From positions 170,336 to 234,335 of the IMG/VR virus record IMGVR_UViG_3300004463_000226: 64,000 nt of DNA, one strand, 5' to 3'. A program made the translations under genes and the position numbers. The notes beneath the pieces were generated by a model. It had not been told where the DNA came from. It saw only the letters and a list, made by a program, of their open reading frames with translations, and did no database searches. Shown one piece after another: positions 46,394-56,645 of this stretch. How positions within the stretch are numbered: the first letter of the stretch is position 1; each line of letters opens with the position of its first letter.

Positions 46394-48805
46394 TTACTTA
46401 ACTTCTTTGATATCTATAATAACTTCACCTTTACGAACGCCTAAGAGCTTCCGACCTTTAGATAACTTAGGTAATTCCATTACTTCTTCGATATTGATTT
46501 CTTCAACACTTGTTTTCAAATATGCTTTAAACTTTTCATTTCCTTTTACTGTTTTCATTAACATTACTTCTTCATCGTCACCTAGTGATGTAATTCTTAT
46601 TGATTTACTTGCACGGTTATCCGCTTGAAATGTATCCAATGTACATTTCTTACCATTGCCTTTATTTGTTAGGCAGAATACATATTGATCTTTTTCATTT
46701 ACAACGTCCATGCCGATTAGAAGTTCATTATCTTCTAAATCCATTGCTTTAACACCAATCGACATACGTCCTGTTTCTCTAATATCAGTGGATGGGAATC
46801 TTACCCCGAATCCTGTATTTGTATAGACTAATAAGTCTTTATCTCCAGCCAATAGTTTGACTGTCATTAAGGAATCTCCGTCCTTTACTATCATACCAAG
46901 AAGCTCATTCTTGATATTAACATAGTTACTAGCTTCAGTTTTCTTAACTAGTCCCTTTCTTGTTGCCATTACAAAGTATACTGGAGTTTTAATCTTATCC
47001 AATACTTCCATTGTAGGCTTTGGAATAATAGAAGTGATTCGTCCATTGATTGATGCATACTTAGATAACTTCTCACCTTCACTGTCCAGTACACTATTCT
47101 GTAATAGATGTACAGGGATCTTAGAAATTTTACCACTCTCATCAAAGACAAGTAGGTCTGTAAGGTTATTAACTTGAACAATCTCAACTGGATAATCTCC
47201 CTGGTTAATGTGACCAATACTGGTCGCATCAACAGGCAACTTCTTCACAAAACCGTTTAATGTAAATACAATAACATGGTTTGTATTCTGTATTTTAACT
47301 TCACCTTCAATAGAGATTACTTTACTGCGGCGATCCTCGCCAAATAACTCGATACCTTCTTCGAGTTCTTCACGGATAACTTTATCAATCTTCTTGTTAG
47401 AACGTATGATTTTATCATACTTCTTAACTTTCTCGTCGATATCTTTCTTATCCTTAACCATCTTAGCAATACCTTCTTTAGAGAAGAGTGACATCTTCAT
47501 GTCAGCAATAGATTTTGCTTGTAATGAAGTTATCTTAAATGTCTTCATAAGGTATTGAACTATCTCTTCACGGTTCTCTGCTTTTTTGATAACCTTCAGA
47601 GTCTTTTCACCATTATCCCCTGATAGGATAAGTAGTAGTGTTTCTAGAACGTGTTGACGTTCCCTAGCATCAATCAGTCTGTAATTGAATTCTATACGTT
47701 TAGTTTCCCTACGGAACTCTAGCCAGTCTAGAATCAATGAACGGACATCATAATCAAAGTCTTGATAATCATCAATAAGTTTAAAGTTAACAGGGAAGGT
47801 TTTCTCCATCTGTGTCTTAGTATAAATAACATGCATAACAGACACAGGATCTAACTCTTTCTTAAGCTTAATATGTAGCTTAATACCATCAGAACTGGAG
47901 TCATCTGAGATGTCAACAATTCCCTGAATTTTATTCTCAGTGTGGAGTTTCAGGATATCTTCTTTAACATTATTAGATGCTACCTGGAGTGGCACTGAAC
48001 GAATAATCAATTCATTTTCTTCTTCATCAATGTCAATCTGTCCACGCATTCTGAACTTACCTTTACCAGTTTCAGAAATGGTCTTAAATTGTCCATCGTC
48101 AACAATCAATGCTCCTGTTGGGCTATCAGGAATCAATGTTACATCTGGATAATCAGGATCATCCATAAGTTTAAGAGTTAACATCAATACTTCACGTAGA
48201 TTATACGTTGGCATACCTGTACTTGCACCATAACCAATACCGAATGTATTATTGATTAATACGTTAGGGTATCTTGCTGGTAAGTATTCGGGTTCAATCG
48301 TATCATCTAGGAAGTTTGGTTTAGTATTAACAAAGTTGATATTAAACCCTTCAAAGAAACATTTATAAGCATACTTGCTTATCTTTGCTTCAATATAACG
48401 TGCAGCGGCTGCTGGTTTACCTGTCTGAGCACCAAAGTTACCTTTACCAGTAATTAGTGTCTGTAGGTTATTCCATGGCTGTGCTAACTTAACCAGTGTC
48501 TCGTAAACTGGTGCATCACCATGTGGGTGATATTTACCGATAACCTCACCCGTAACCCTAGCAACCTTAATAGTTTTCTTATTAGGTGTGCTTCCTAAAT
48601 CATGGAATAACGCGTATAAAATACGACGTTCACCTGGCTTTAATCCATCAGGTAATCCAGCAATATGACGCATAAGATTTGTATTTGCGCCGAATATTTT
48701 CATATCAGTTGTACACAGGTCGCCTATGTTTGCGACTACTATGTTTCTATCTTGGGTGTATGCTTCTTGTTTATCTTTCTTTTTCTTCTTTTTATCTTTA
48801 GACAT
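46394..48805 (-). CDS. gyrA: Type IIA topoisomerase subunit A (GyrA/ParC-like)
   Basis: Seen: DGLKPGERRILY, GKYHPHGD, AAARYIE (catalytic Tyr), beta-pinwheel CTD repeats; TATATTAT at 48829-48836. Confidence 0.93.
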   Translation of the reverse strand: MSKDKKKKKKDKQEAYTQDRNIVVANIGDLCTTDMKIFGANTNLMRHIAGLPDGLKPGERRILYALFHDLGSTPNKKTIKVARVTGEVIGKYHPHGDAPVYETLVKLAQPWNNLQTLITGKGNFGAQTGKPAAAARYIEAKISKYAYKCFFEGFNINFVNTKPNFLDDTIEPEYLPARYPNVLINNTFGIGYGASTGMPTYNLREVLMLTLKLMDDPDYPDVTLIPDSPTGALIVDDGQFKTISETGKGKFRMRGQIDIDEEENELIIRSVPLQVASNNVKEDILKLHTENKIQGIVDISDDSSSDGIKLHIKLKKELDPVSVMHVIYTKTQMEKTFPVNFKLIDDYQDFDYDVRSLILDWLEFRRETKRIEFNYRLIDARERQHVLETLLLILSGDNGEKTLKVIKKAENREEIVQYLMKTFKITSLQAKSIADMKMSLFSKEGIAKMVKDKKDIDEKVKKYDKIIRSNKKIDKVIREELEEGIELFGEDRRSKVISIEGEVKIQNTNHVIVFTLNGFVKKLPVDATSIGHINQGDYPVEIVQVNNLTDLLVFDESGKISKIPVHLLQNSVLDSEGEKLSKYASINGRITSIIPKPTMEVLDKIKTPVYFVMATRKGLVKKTEASNYVNIKNELLGMIVKDGDSLMTVKLLAGDKDLLVYTNTGFGVRFPSTDIRETGRMSIGVKAMDLEDNELLIGMDVVNEKDQYVFCLTNKGNGKKCTLDTFQADNRASKSIRITSLGDDEEVMLMKTVKGNEKFKAYLKTSVEEINIEEVMELPKLSKGRKLLGVRKGEVIIDIKEVK

Positions 48806-48874
48806 ACTACCTCTCCTTTCTTATCTCTATAATATATAAATCTAATAGGGCTAGGAATCCCAGCCCTACATCTA

Positions 48875-51277
48875 TTAGTTATCTAAATCATCACGATCAA
48901 TCTTGAAGTGCTTCATTAGTTCCTTACGTTCTTCACTAGCATCCCCATGTAGTATACGGAACTTTTCAATCTCTTCCTCAAGATCTTTCAGCGTTAACTG
49001 AATAAGAATACGGTTATTAGGATCAAGAGTAGTTCTTCTCAAATCAATGGAGTCAAGTTCTCCCAATCCCTTAAATCGTACTTCAATCTCTGGTTGGTAC
49101 TTCTGACAAAGTACCATAAAGTCACCAATTGTCATTATTCCTCTATCATCATAAGACTTACCATTCTTCTCAGCTACTCTGTAATATACTTGTGCTTTAT
49201 TTGCATCAAAGATATACTCTCTTAATTTAGTAGCACGCTTATTAAATGATTTGTCTATTGATAAACTTTGGAATCTACCTTCATAGATTCCTGATAAGAT
49301 ACCGTCTTCATCGACAGTAATCTCAGGGAATCTTTTCGCAATATTCTTCTTGAAGTCTTTGCTAGTACCATGAATAGCAACAAACTCAGCAATATGACGA
49401 TGTACACCGAAGCGATTAGCTAGGCGTTGTAGTTCTTCCAGATATTCTCTGTTGATAAACAAGAACTGTTTAAGGTCTTTGGCTTTAACAACAACATTAG
49501 TTTGTGGATCTATTAATCTAATATTGTCACCAATTCTCTCTTGGAATACTTCAATGTATTCTTGCTTATCACGAACGAATGGTTTCTTTTTATCTTTGAT
49601 TTGATATAGCGGAGCTACTGCTTTATATAGCTTACCTGCTTTTACAATCTCAGGCATGTGCATTAATAAGAATACACATAATAGAGAGGATATGCGGCGC
49701 CCGTCTACATCTGAATCTGTCATGATAATAATCTTTTCATACCATAATTTATTAATATCGAATCTCTCACCGATATTAGTTTTAAGGATTCTAACAAGGT
49801 TCTTGAACTCATTATTTCCTTTAGTAGCATCAAGGATCTTATCTAACTTCAGACCAAATGTATTTAACGGAACTCCACGTAATCCAAATGATGCTTGGAA
49901 TTGGTTAAACTTATCTTGGTCTACTGATCCTGCGGCAGATTCTCCCTCGATTAGCAATAGTTCACGATAGTCGTTTTTACCTTTTGCTAATGCTGGAGTA
50001 AATCCTTTAATCATATGCTCATCTAAGCTATTAGTTGTTCCTTTAACCACAGAGTTACGAACTTTAGTTGCTTCAATACGAGCCTTTGCATTTGTCTTAA
50101 TATAGTCAGTAAGCTTCTTTAACTCTTTAGGATTCTTCTTAAAGTGTTCTGTCAAAGCTTTCATAGTCATATTGCGCAAAGGAGAAAACAACATGTTATT
50201 TGTAACTTTCTCTTTAGTTTGTCCAGAGAAGTGTGGGTTAACTTCAGTACTTAGATACATTGTTAATACTAATCCGCTTGTAACGTCAACAGGTAAGATG
50301 TCAAGTTTCTTAGCTTCCCGTTCAGATAATGCCTCACGGGTTTGTTTTGTTAAGAACTGGGTAATACCTGTACGTACACCATCAAGATGCACACCTCCAT
50401 CCACGGTGTTAACGAAGTTACAGAAAGAATCTGTAATCATTTCACCTGGGGAAGAATTGAACGTAAATGCAACTTCTAATCCAACGAATCGTTTAAGCTC
50501 TTTGCCTTTATCGAATTCTACAATGTTTAATGTATCCATAAAATGGATTGGATCTAGAATATGCTTGTTAGTCAACTTCTTCACATAAGTGTATAAGCCA
50601 TCTTTATTGCGGTATTTCTTATTAATATTAGATTCCTTACCTTTTCTATTGGCTTGGAATGTAATACGGATATCGGGTGGAACAAGATATATAATCTTTT
50701 CCAACCACTCCATTAACTCTTCTGCTGGAATAGAACAGTCTTCATCAGCTTTATCCATATAGAATGGATTCGGTTTGAAAATTGTAGTAGTTCCATGTTT
50801 ACCAGAAGGATCTTTCTTAATAGTTACTGGATGAATCAGTTTACCTTCCTCAAACTTAATTGAAGCTTTTTCATTATAACGGCGAACTGATATTTCAAAG
50901 TAACTTGATAATGCGTTTACAGCTGTTAAACCTACACCGTTTTCACCAGCGGAACCTCCACCAGAACCTTCACGGGTAAATTTACTACCAGCCTGAATCT
51001 TAGTACAAACAACTTCCATCTTATCGAATGGAATACCGCGTCCATTATCGGATACGGTTAAAGTATTATCTACTTCATCCAGATAGATATCAATGTCGTT
51101 ACCTGGAGAATTGGTATTAATACATTCATCAATCATATTGTTAATTACTTCTTTTGCTAGGTGAAGTGAACCTCTTCTTCCCAAGTAACTAATATACATA
51201 TTAGGCTTGGTCTGTATCTTTTCTATATCATCTTCCTTATGGTCAATGATATCATCAACAAACTGCTGTTGAGTCAT
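48875..51277 (-). CDS. gyrB: Type IIA topoisomerase subunit B (GyrB/ParE-like)
   Basis: Seen: EVINNMIDE, DNGRGIP, GENGVGLTAVNALS, TOPRIM IEGESA and IMTDSDVDG, RFKGLGEL. Confidence 0.93.
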   Translation of the reverse strand: MTQQQFVDDIIDHKEDDIEKIQTKPNMYISYLGRRGSLHLAKEVINNMIDECINTNSPGNDIDIYLDEVDNTLTVSDNGRGIPFDKMEVVCTKIQAGSKFTREGSGGGSAGENGVGLTAVNALSSYFEISVRRYNEKASIKFEEGKLIHPVTIKKDPSGKHGTTTIFKPNPFYMDKADEDCSIPAEELMEWLEKIIYLVPPDIRITFQANRKGKESNINKKYRNKDGLYTYVKKLTNKHILDPIHFMDTLNIVEFDKGKELKRFVGLEVAFTFNSSPGEMITDSFCNFVNTVDGGVHLDGVRTGITQFLTKQTREALSEREAKKLDILPVDVTSGLVLTMYLSTEVNPHFSGQTKEKVTNNMLFSPLRNMTMKALTEHFKKNPKELKKLTDYIKTNAKARIEATKVRNSVVKGTTNSLDEHMIKGFTPALAKGKNDYRELLLIEGESAAGSVDQDKFNQFQASFGLRGVPLNTFGLKLDKILDATKGNNEFKNLVRILKTNIGERFDINKLWYEKIIIMTDSDVDGRRISSLLCVFLLMHMPEIVKAGKLYKAVAPLYQIKDKKKPFVRDKQEYIEVFQERIGDNIRLIDPQTNVVVKAKDLKQFLFINREYLEELQRLANRFGVHRHIAEFVAIHGTSKDFKKNIAKRFPEITVDEDGILSGIYEGRFQSLSIDKSFNKRATKLREYIFDANKAQVYYRVAEKNGKSYDDRGIMTIGDFMVLCQKYQPEIEVRFKGLGELDSIDLRRTTLDPNNRILIQLTLKDLEEEIEKFRILHGDASEERKELMKHFKIDRDDLDN

Positions 51278-51314
51278 TTTAAGGTTTCCCCCTTTTAAAT
51301 ATATTTTATTCTCC

Positions 51315-51326
51315 TACTGTAATGTT
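51315..51326 (-). promoter_or_regulatory. AACA-N6-TA promoter
   Basis: Seen: plus TA-CTGTAA-TGTT upstream of gyrB. Confidence 0.7.
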
Positions 51327-51384
51327 GTTATGTCTATAATTTTTTATACGACTAGGGGTAGGGATCATACTTAATTAGTCTATA

Positions 51385-51762
51385 TTATTTACATTTATCT
51401 TCAGGTATCAATGTAATAATGATATCTATGTCTTTTGTAAATTTTAAATTATCTAATGCAAACTTAGCCATATTATGAATCTTGGCTAGGTTATTTTCCA
51501 CATTTCTCAATATCACCTTAGAATTACTTGCAAACTTTATAGTATCTAAATAAATATTAATATCGTCAGGATGTATTTGATTATCAAAAATATCACATAC
51601 CGTATTGATATCGGGTTTATTATTTCGGGTCAATACTAAAGTGGAGCAACCTAAAACAATAGTTATTTCATATATTTTGTCTTCACCAAATCTTCTAATA
51701 AGTGTGCTTGTAGATGTAAGATGGGCTAGTCTAATATAGTCTAACATTCGTTTCTCCTCCAT
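51385..51762 (-). CDS. Hypothetical protein
   Basis: Seen: 125 aa. Confidence 0.65.
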   Translation of the reverse strand: MEEKRMLDYIRLAHLTSTSTLIRRFGEDKIYEITIVLGCSTLVLTRNNKPDINTVCDIFDNQIHPDDINIYLDTIKFASNSKVILRNVENNLAKIHNMAKFALDNLKFTKDIDIIITLIPEDKCK

Positions 51763-51844
51763 TAATACAAAAAATTAGTTGTATGTCTAAAACAGTAAAA
51801 AGATATGTAAGACGGGAAGACCCATCTTACATATCTGTAATTTA

Positions 51845-52357
51845 TTAACGACGTTTACCGCCACCGCTGCTGATGAAAGATAATGGACCAGAACCGTAAG
51901 AACCATAACCATCGTTATTTTCGTTATTACGATTTTTATTACGCTTGTCCTTGTTACCTTTACCTTTGCCGTACACTGTTACAACACGAGTGTATAGCTC
52001 TTTTGTTTCCTGAATGTTGAAGTCAAGCTCACCTAATAAGCGGATCAATTTTGCATCCTCTTCTGCATCAGAGTGGCAACGAATTTGCTGGATTGCATCA
52101 TGTACAACTTTAATAGAACCATCGAGGATATGCTCCTTAATGATATCCATGTTGAAACGCTGCTTGCAATATTTGCACTCATACTCGCCATGCTCATTAA
52201 CAGGGTAGATTTTCAATTTACCCTTTTCATTTTGGTGGGCGCACTCAACAAGAACTTTCTTTGTTTCTTTCTCCATTTGCTTCTGTGCTTCCTGGATGCG
52301 ATTTAACTTCTCGCGGAATAAAGATTTGTGTTTGTTGTTTTGTTTGTCCTTAGCCAT
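51845..52357 (-). CDS. Hypothetical zinc-ribbon protein with disordered basic/Gly-rich tail
   Basis: Seen: CAH...CKYC; AGGAGG RBS; TATATTAT at 52407-52414. Confidence 0.8.
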   Translation of the reverse strand: MAKDKQNNKHKSLFREKLNRIQEAQKQMEKETKKVLVECAHQNEKGKLKIYPVNEHGEYECKYCKQRFNMDIIKEHILDGSIKVVHDAIQQIRCHSDAEEDAKLIRLLGELDFNIQETKELYTRVVTVYGKGKGNKDKRNKNRNNENNDGYGSYGSGPLSFISSGGGKRR

Positions 52358-52533
52358 TTTTAGTTTCCTCCTAAAATGTAAAGTATTATTAATTGATTAC
52401 ACTTTGATAATATATAACTATATTTTTGTTTGGTAATTTATTAAGTTTAATTACCAATCCCTACGGATCATAGAACTTATACGTCCACAACCATTACTAT
52501 TAAGTTTACCACTTAATAAAATAATATTAATTA

Positions 52534-52833
52534 TTAGATAACGTCAGTTACATTATCTCTTAAGAAAGCATTTATACCGTTAAGCAATTGACCCGCAGCA
52601 TCAATATCTAATGTCATTATTCCAGTGCGGAACATAGTGTTATTGTCAGGATTGCTAATGGTATGTAGAACGTGTAATAGGTTTGGTTCATCAGGATGAG
52701 ATACTAAGCTTATAGTTCCTGCCTTATGCGGATGTGGAATCTCAGCATACCATTTAACTCCAATGATCGTTGGTAATTCAGATAACGGTTCCTTCTCATT
52801 AGACTTTACAACTTCTTTGTTTAATTCTTGCAT
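52534..52833 (-). CDS. Hypothetical protein
   Basis: Seen: 99 aa, GGGGAGG RBS; TATATTAT at 52892-52899. Confidence 0.75.
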   Translation of the reverse strand: MQELNKEVVKSNEKEPLSELPTIIGVKWYAEIPHPHKAGTISLVSHPDEPNLLHVLHTISNPDNNTMFRTGIMTLDIDAAGQLLNGINAFLRDNVTDVI

Positions 52834-52958
52834 GGTGTTTTCCTCCCCGAAAATTATATAATGTTAACCAATTATTATTGATTACTCTTTAATAATATAT
52901 AACTAAATTTAGGGTTGACTTTTTCACAGTAAAAAATCTAGGAGATTGCTCTCCTAGA

Positions 52959-53249
52959 TTATCCTCTAATATAACGCCTGTCAAGTTTCTCAATATCTTC
53001 ATCAGTTGTTGCAAATGCAATACCCTCTAAATACTCAACAGGCTTTACAACTAAGTACGGTAAACCCGTTACATCTTTCTCAATCATTGTAAACATCTCG
53101 TTAGGTTCATCAAGATGGTCTGCCATTACAAATGGCTCTTCGACAGAGAAAGTACGTGTCCAGGCATTGTTAAACATTAAGCTTAGTACACGATCATCTC
53201 CACCATTTGCGGCAACAATAGCTTTAAATTGGGTAACGTTAAATGTCAT
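52959..53249 (-). CDS. Hypothetical protein
   Basis: Seen: 96 aa, AAGGAG RBS, terminator at about 52932-52960. Confidence 0.75.
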   Translation of the reverse strand: MTFNVTQFKAIVAANGGDDRVLSLMFNNAWTRTFSVEEPFVMADHLDEPNEMFTMIEKDVTGLPYLVVKPVEYLEGIAFATTDEDIEKLDRRYIRG

Positions 53250-53262
53250 TCTTTATCACTCC

Positions 53263-53427
53263 TTATTTCTTTTTATTCTTACGTTTTCTTTTACCTTTAC
53301 CATGAAATAGCCCGTACTTATCTTTAAGCAAAGCAATCTTTTCCTCTGTAGTGAGTTTAGGCTTTGGCTTAATCTTTGATAATTGACTAGCCACTTTAGA
53401 TAAGGCACTAGGTAATTTTGGCAACAT
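53263..53427 (-). CDS. Small very basic 54-aa protein (below track cutoff)
   Basis: Seen: MLPKLPSALSKVASQLSKIKPKPKLTTEEKIALLKDKYGLFHGKGKRKRKNKKK*, GGAGGGG RBS, AACA promoter at 53451-53462. Confidence 0.75.
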   Translation of the reverse strand: MLPKLPSALSKVASQLSKIKPKPKLTTEEKIALLKDKYGLFHGKGKRKRKNKKK

Positions 53428-53450
53428 TTAGATCCCCTCCGTATTACTAT

Positions 53451-53462
53451 TAATATCTTGTT
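53451..53462 (-). promoter_or_regulatory. AACA-N6-TA promoter
   Basis: Seen: plus TA-ATATCT-TGTT. Confidence 0.7.
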
Positions 53463-53468
53463 CCCCTA

Positions 53469-54641
53469 TTAAACTGCAATTGATATTCCATGAACTGCAC
53501 GAGTTATTGCAGTATAATCCAATCTCTGCTGATAATCTCTAGAACCCATACGTTCTCTATAATAAAGAACGTTCGGATATTGTGAACCTTGAGATAAATG
53601 TACAGATATAGCATAAGCAAACTGAAACTTATTGGAGAAGTTAAATCTGTTCATACTATTGTCTGTTACAGGTTGGAATAGATACTCAAAGTCCATAGAT
53701 ATTTTTCTGAAAGCTTTATCTTGTAAGAACTCTGGTCTAAAGTCAATGGATACAGATTTACCGTTATAAGTATCTAAGTAGATATCATCAATATAACCGA
53801 TTAGTCCATTAATCAAATAGAGATTATCATCAATAGCCATTTTCCAGTTATTCTGACGACAAACTATCTTATCCCCATAAATAGGAGTTTTTGATTTGAC
53901 TCCTAAGATATTCTGACGGTAATAAGTATTGATATTCTGACGAGTTTCATTCTTACCACAGATAATAATATCAGAACTTTTCATTAGATCGTCATTGATA
54001 TCTTCCTTGTCAATTATAAAGCAAGAATCTCCATACTTACCAATTTCAAGTTTCTTACCTTTGAGAGCTTGTTGGCTTAACCAGATAATAGGATTATTTT
54101 CACTTTGACGCATAATCTGAGTTAGAATAACATCGGGCTTCTGTAGGAAATAAGGGTTACCAAATACTGGTGGTAGCTGATTCAAATCTCCTAATACTAG
54201 TACAGGTAAACCAAAGCTTAGTACATCTTTAGCAATATTAAAATCAACCATAGAACCTTCATCTATTACTAATAACTTAATATTACTAGGTAAATTAGGT
54301 TTCTTCATAAAGCTAAATCTAGTTATAGCACGACCATTCTTTGTCAGTATATTACCTTCATCATCTAATTTAGGTACATGAACAAGGTCATATATTGTAC
54401 TATGAATAGTTTTAGCAAAGTTCCCCTTTAATGCTAATTGCATTGCTGCTTTACCTACATAAGCCATAAATAATACTTCAGAAGGTTTTAATCCAATGTC
54501 CTTTATAAGCTCATATACAATACTGGTTTTACCTGAACCTGCTGGACCTGAAATCTCAAATACTTGTTTCATCTGTGACTTCCACCATTTACCAGCTAAC
54601 TTCCTAGCAGTATCTTGTTGCGGGTTTAATATAAAGTCCAT
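53469..54641 (-). CDS. SF1B helicase (Dda/RecD-like)
   Basis: Seen: GPAGSGKT, TIHS, VIDEGSMV, LGDLNQLPPV, LTQIMRQ, SQGSQY, YTAITRA. Confidence 0.92.
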   Translation of the reverse strand: MDFILNPQQDTARKLAGKWWKSQMKQVFEISGPAGSGKTSIVYELIKDIGLKPSEVLFMAYVGKAAMQLALKGNFAKTIHSTIYDLVHVPKLDDEGNILTKNGRAITRFSFMKKPNLPSNIKLLVIDEGSMVDFNIAKDVLSFGLPVLVLGDLNQLPPVFGNPYFLQKPDVILTQIMRQSENNPIIWLSQQALKGKKLEIGKYGDSCFIIDKEDINDDLMKSSDIIICGKNETRQNINTYYRQNILGVKSKTPIYGDKIVCRQNNWKMAIDDNLYLINGLIGYIDDIYLDTYNGKSVSIDFRPEFLQDKAFRKISMDFEYLFQPVTDNSMNRFNFSNKFQFAYAISVHLSQGSQYPNVLYYRERMGSRDYQQRLDYTAITRAVHGISIAV

Positions 54642-54688
54642 AAATCACTCTCCTTTCTACGGAGTATTACTAATATGTATAGCACAAT

Positions 54689-55099
54689 TTGTGCTACAAT
54701 ATAATAACTATGATAGGAGTGATAATGATGAGCTTAGTTAAAGGTCTTGAAGACTATGGTATTAAACCATTCGAGTATGCATTTCTAACAGAGGCTACAA
54801 GTAAAGATGCTGAGACATTTAGATTATATCTACCCAAACTTATGCCTATGTTTCCATGTGATACTCCTGTTTTCAATAACTGGCTGTTTAACAACAATGT
54901 ATTTCTTAATGACGATGTTTGTAAACCCAGATCTATATCTACTATAAAGACTCAAAATTTCATAACAGTTCCAAGACATTTGAGTAGGGATTTCTCACCA
55001 AGAGCTGATGGATCAGGAAACCTACCGAAAGATTCAAAATTTATTGTCCAAGTTATGGATGAAAATATTAGAGATATCAGAGTATCTGATATTGTATAG
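54689..55099 (+). CDS. Hypothetical protein (start probably MSLVKG)
   Basis: Seen: ORF with AGGAG RBS before about 54725-54728. Confidence 0.75.
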   Translation: MCYNIITMIGVIMMSLVKGLEDYGIKPFEYAFLTEATSKDAETFRLYLPKLMPMFPCDTPVFNNWLFNNNVFLNDDVCKPRSISTIKTQNFITVPRHLSRDFSPRADGSGNLPKDSKFIVQVMDENIRDIRVSDIV

Positions 55100-55111
55100 G
55101 AGGTAATAATC

Positions 55112-55546
55112 ATGACTATGTTTAACCCGTTTGAAACATCTACTGTAGCTGGTGTAGCTAAGGCAGGTAAAGCATTAGAGCTGTCTCATGCAACCCTACA
55201 TCTAAAATCATCTTTTGTTGATAGTGAAGGTAATAAGGTACTAATTAACTATCATTCTTTACTGGATAAATATAATGATTTTCTTAAGAAAATCATTGTT
55301 CCTATCACTTTCACTGAAGAAGAATATCTGATGTATAGATTCCAGCCAAAGAGATTCTGTTTAGAATATTATAATACAACAGAATTATGGTCTTCTATTC
55401 TAAGAATCAACTTTATGACAAGTTCAGCACAGTTTTCAAACCAAACCATCAACGCATTTACTCAAGATATCTTTGATGTTATTAATGAGATTATGATTCT
55501 TGAAGATGCAAATATTAAAGAGAATAAAATTAAAGCTTTACTATAA
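55112..55546 (+). CDS. Possible baseplate wedge protein (T4 gp53/LysM-like)
   Basis: Seen: YRFQPKRFCLEYYNTTELWSSILRIN. Inferred: resembles the RPDLLAYxLYGxxxLWWVILxxN pattern. Confidence 0.4.
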   Translation: MTMFNPFETSTVAGVAKAGKALELSHATLHLKSSFVDSEGNKVLINYHSLLDKYNDFLKKIIVPITFTEEEYLMYRFQPKRFCLEYYNTTELWSSILRINFMTSSAQFSNQTINAFTQDIFDVINEIMILEDANIKENKIKALL

Positions 55547-55561
55547 AAAAAGAATACCCTA

Positions 55562-55804
55562 TCATTCAGATAGGGATTCTTCTTTTTGACATTCTTTTCT
55601 TCTTTGTTTTCTGAGTTCTCTAGCATCAATTAAACGGAACAATTCATTTTTATTACTATGTATTTCATCAAATATACTTTCATGAGGCATAAATCTTGAG
55701 TTAGATATATGTCGTTCCAGCTCATTTATTTTACAAGTAAGCTCTGTAATTTTTTCATCTATCTCTTTATCAGTTAAATCAATAAATGCTCCATATATCA
55801 ACAT
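55562..55804 (-). CDS. Hypothetical coiled-coil protein
   Basis: Seen: 80 aa, AAGGAGG RBS. Confidence 0.7.
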   Translation of the reverse strand: MLIYGAFIDLTDKEIDEKITELTCKINELERHISNSRFMPHESIFDEIHSNKNELFRLIDARELRKQRRKECQKEESLSE

Positions 55805-55828
55805 AGCGATCCTCCTTAAAAAAGAGGG

Positions 55829-56645
55829 TCAACTGACCCTCTTCGTTCTATTTATTGATGAAGCAAAATCAAATAATGTTTCTGGTTCATCATTTTCATC
55901 CACCATTTGTCGTTCAGTGGCATTCTTCTTACCTCGTTTAGCTCCCAAATCAACTGCATCGAAATCAGAAGCCAAGCTAGTTTCAGATAGAGATGTTTCA
56001 AGATGAACATCATCCAATAGACGAATTCTATTTCCAATTTCAAATGGATGGTTAAAGTAAGTTAAATCATGTGGATCACGATAACGTATCTTGATACGTT
56101 TCATAGTTAAGTAATACTGATTAGAGCCACGTTTCTTCTCAACGTTAATGATACATGCCCAGTCAGCGTTTTCCATAACTTCCCACGCTGAACCTACGTT
56201 AGAACGACCTACAAATCGTCCTACATCTTCTTTATTTGCTTCGAGGGCAGCATCTACTACAGTAGCTGCTCCACGGTTAAGCTGATGAGCTGTTATCACA
56301 GGAACGTCCAGTTCTATAGCTAATGACTTTAATTCATTTGTGACATTTTTCAGCTCTTCTTTTTCATCCTTACCATACTCAGCTGGACGAATACGTTTAA
56401 TGTAATCGAGGATCAGAGTAATTACTTCCCTACCATCATCCTCAATATCCTCAATGATTGTATACAGATCATTTGTATCGATGCTACGGTTAGGATAATA
56501 CTTAATCATAATATCAATTTCATCATCATCGCGAAGTGTCATCTGCCCCTGTTCACGAAGCATCTTAATTACCTGCTTCGGTGTGTAGTTACGAATGTCT
56601 TCAGGGGTAACTGTCATATTAAATAAACGCTCAACAGTTTCTTCT
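55829..56645 (-). CDS. DnaB-like (SF4) replicative helicase, exon 2
   Basis: Seen: EETVERL, LILDYIKRI, ITAHQLNR, WEVMENAD motifs; joins exon 1 in frame after intron removal. Confidence 0.9.

Noticed and set aside
464-50588. Many opposite-strand track ORFs (e.g. 464..748, 2980..3336, 20535..21020, 23908..24582, 26748..27248, 38396..38821, 50172..50588)
   Set aside because: Antisense shadows of well-supported genes; Ser/Leu/Ile/Phe-rich, no RBS or promoter.
21742-51277. Inteins in ligase, RecA, RNAP or topoisomerase
   Set aside because: No C/S...HN junction motifs; motif spacing is continuous except the GyrB insert, which lacks intein features.
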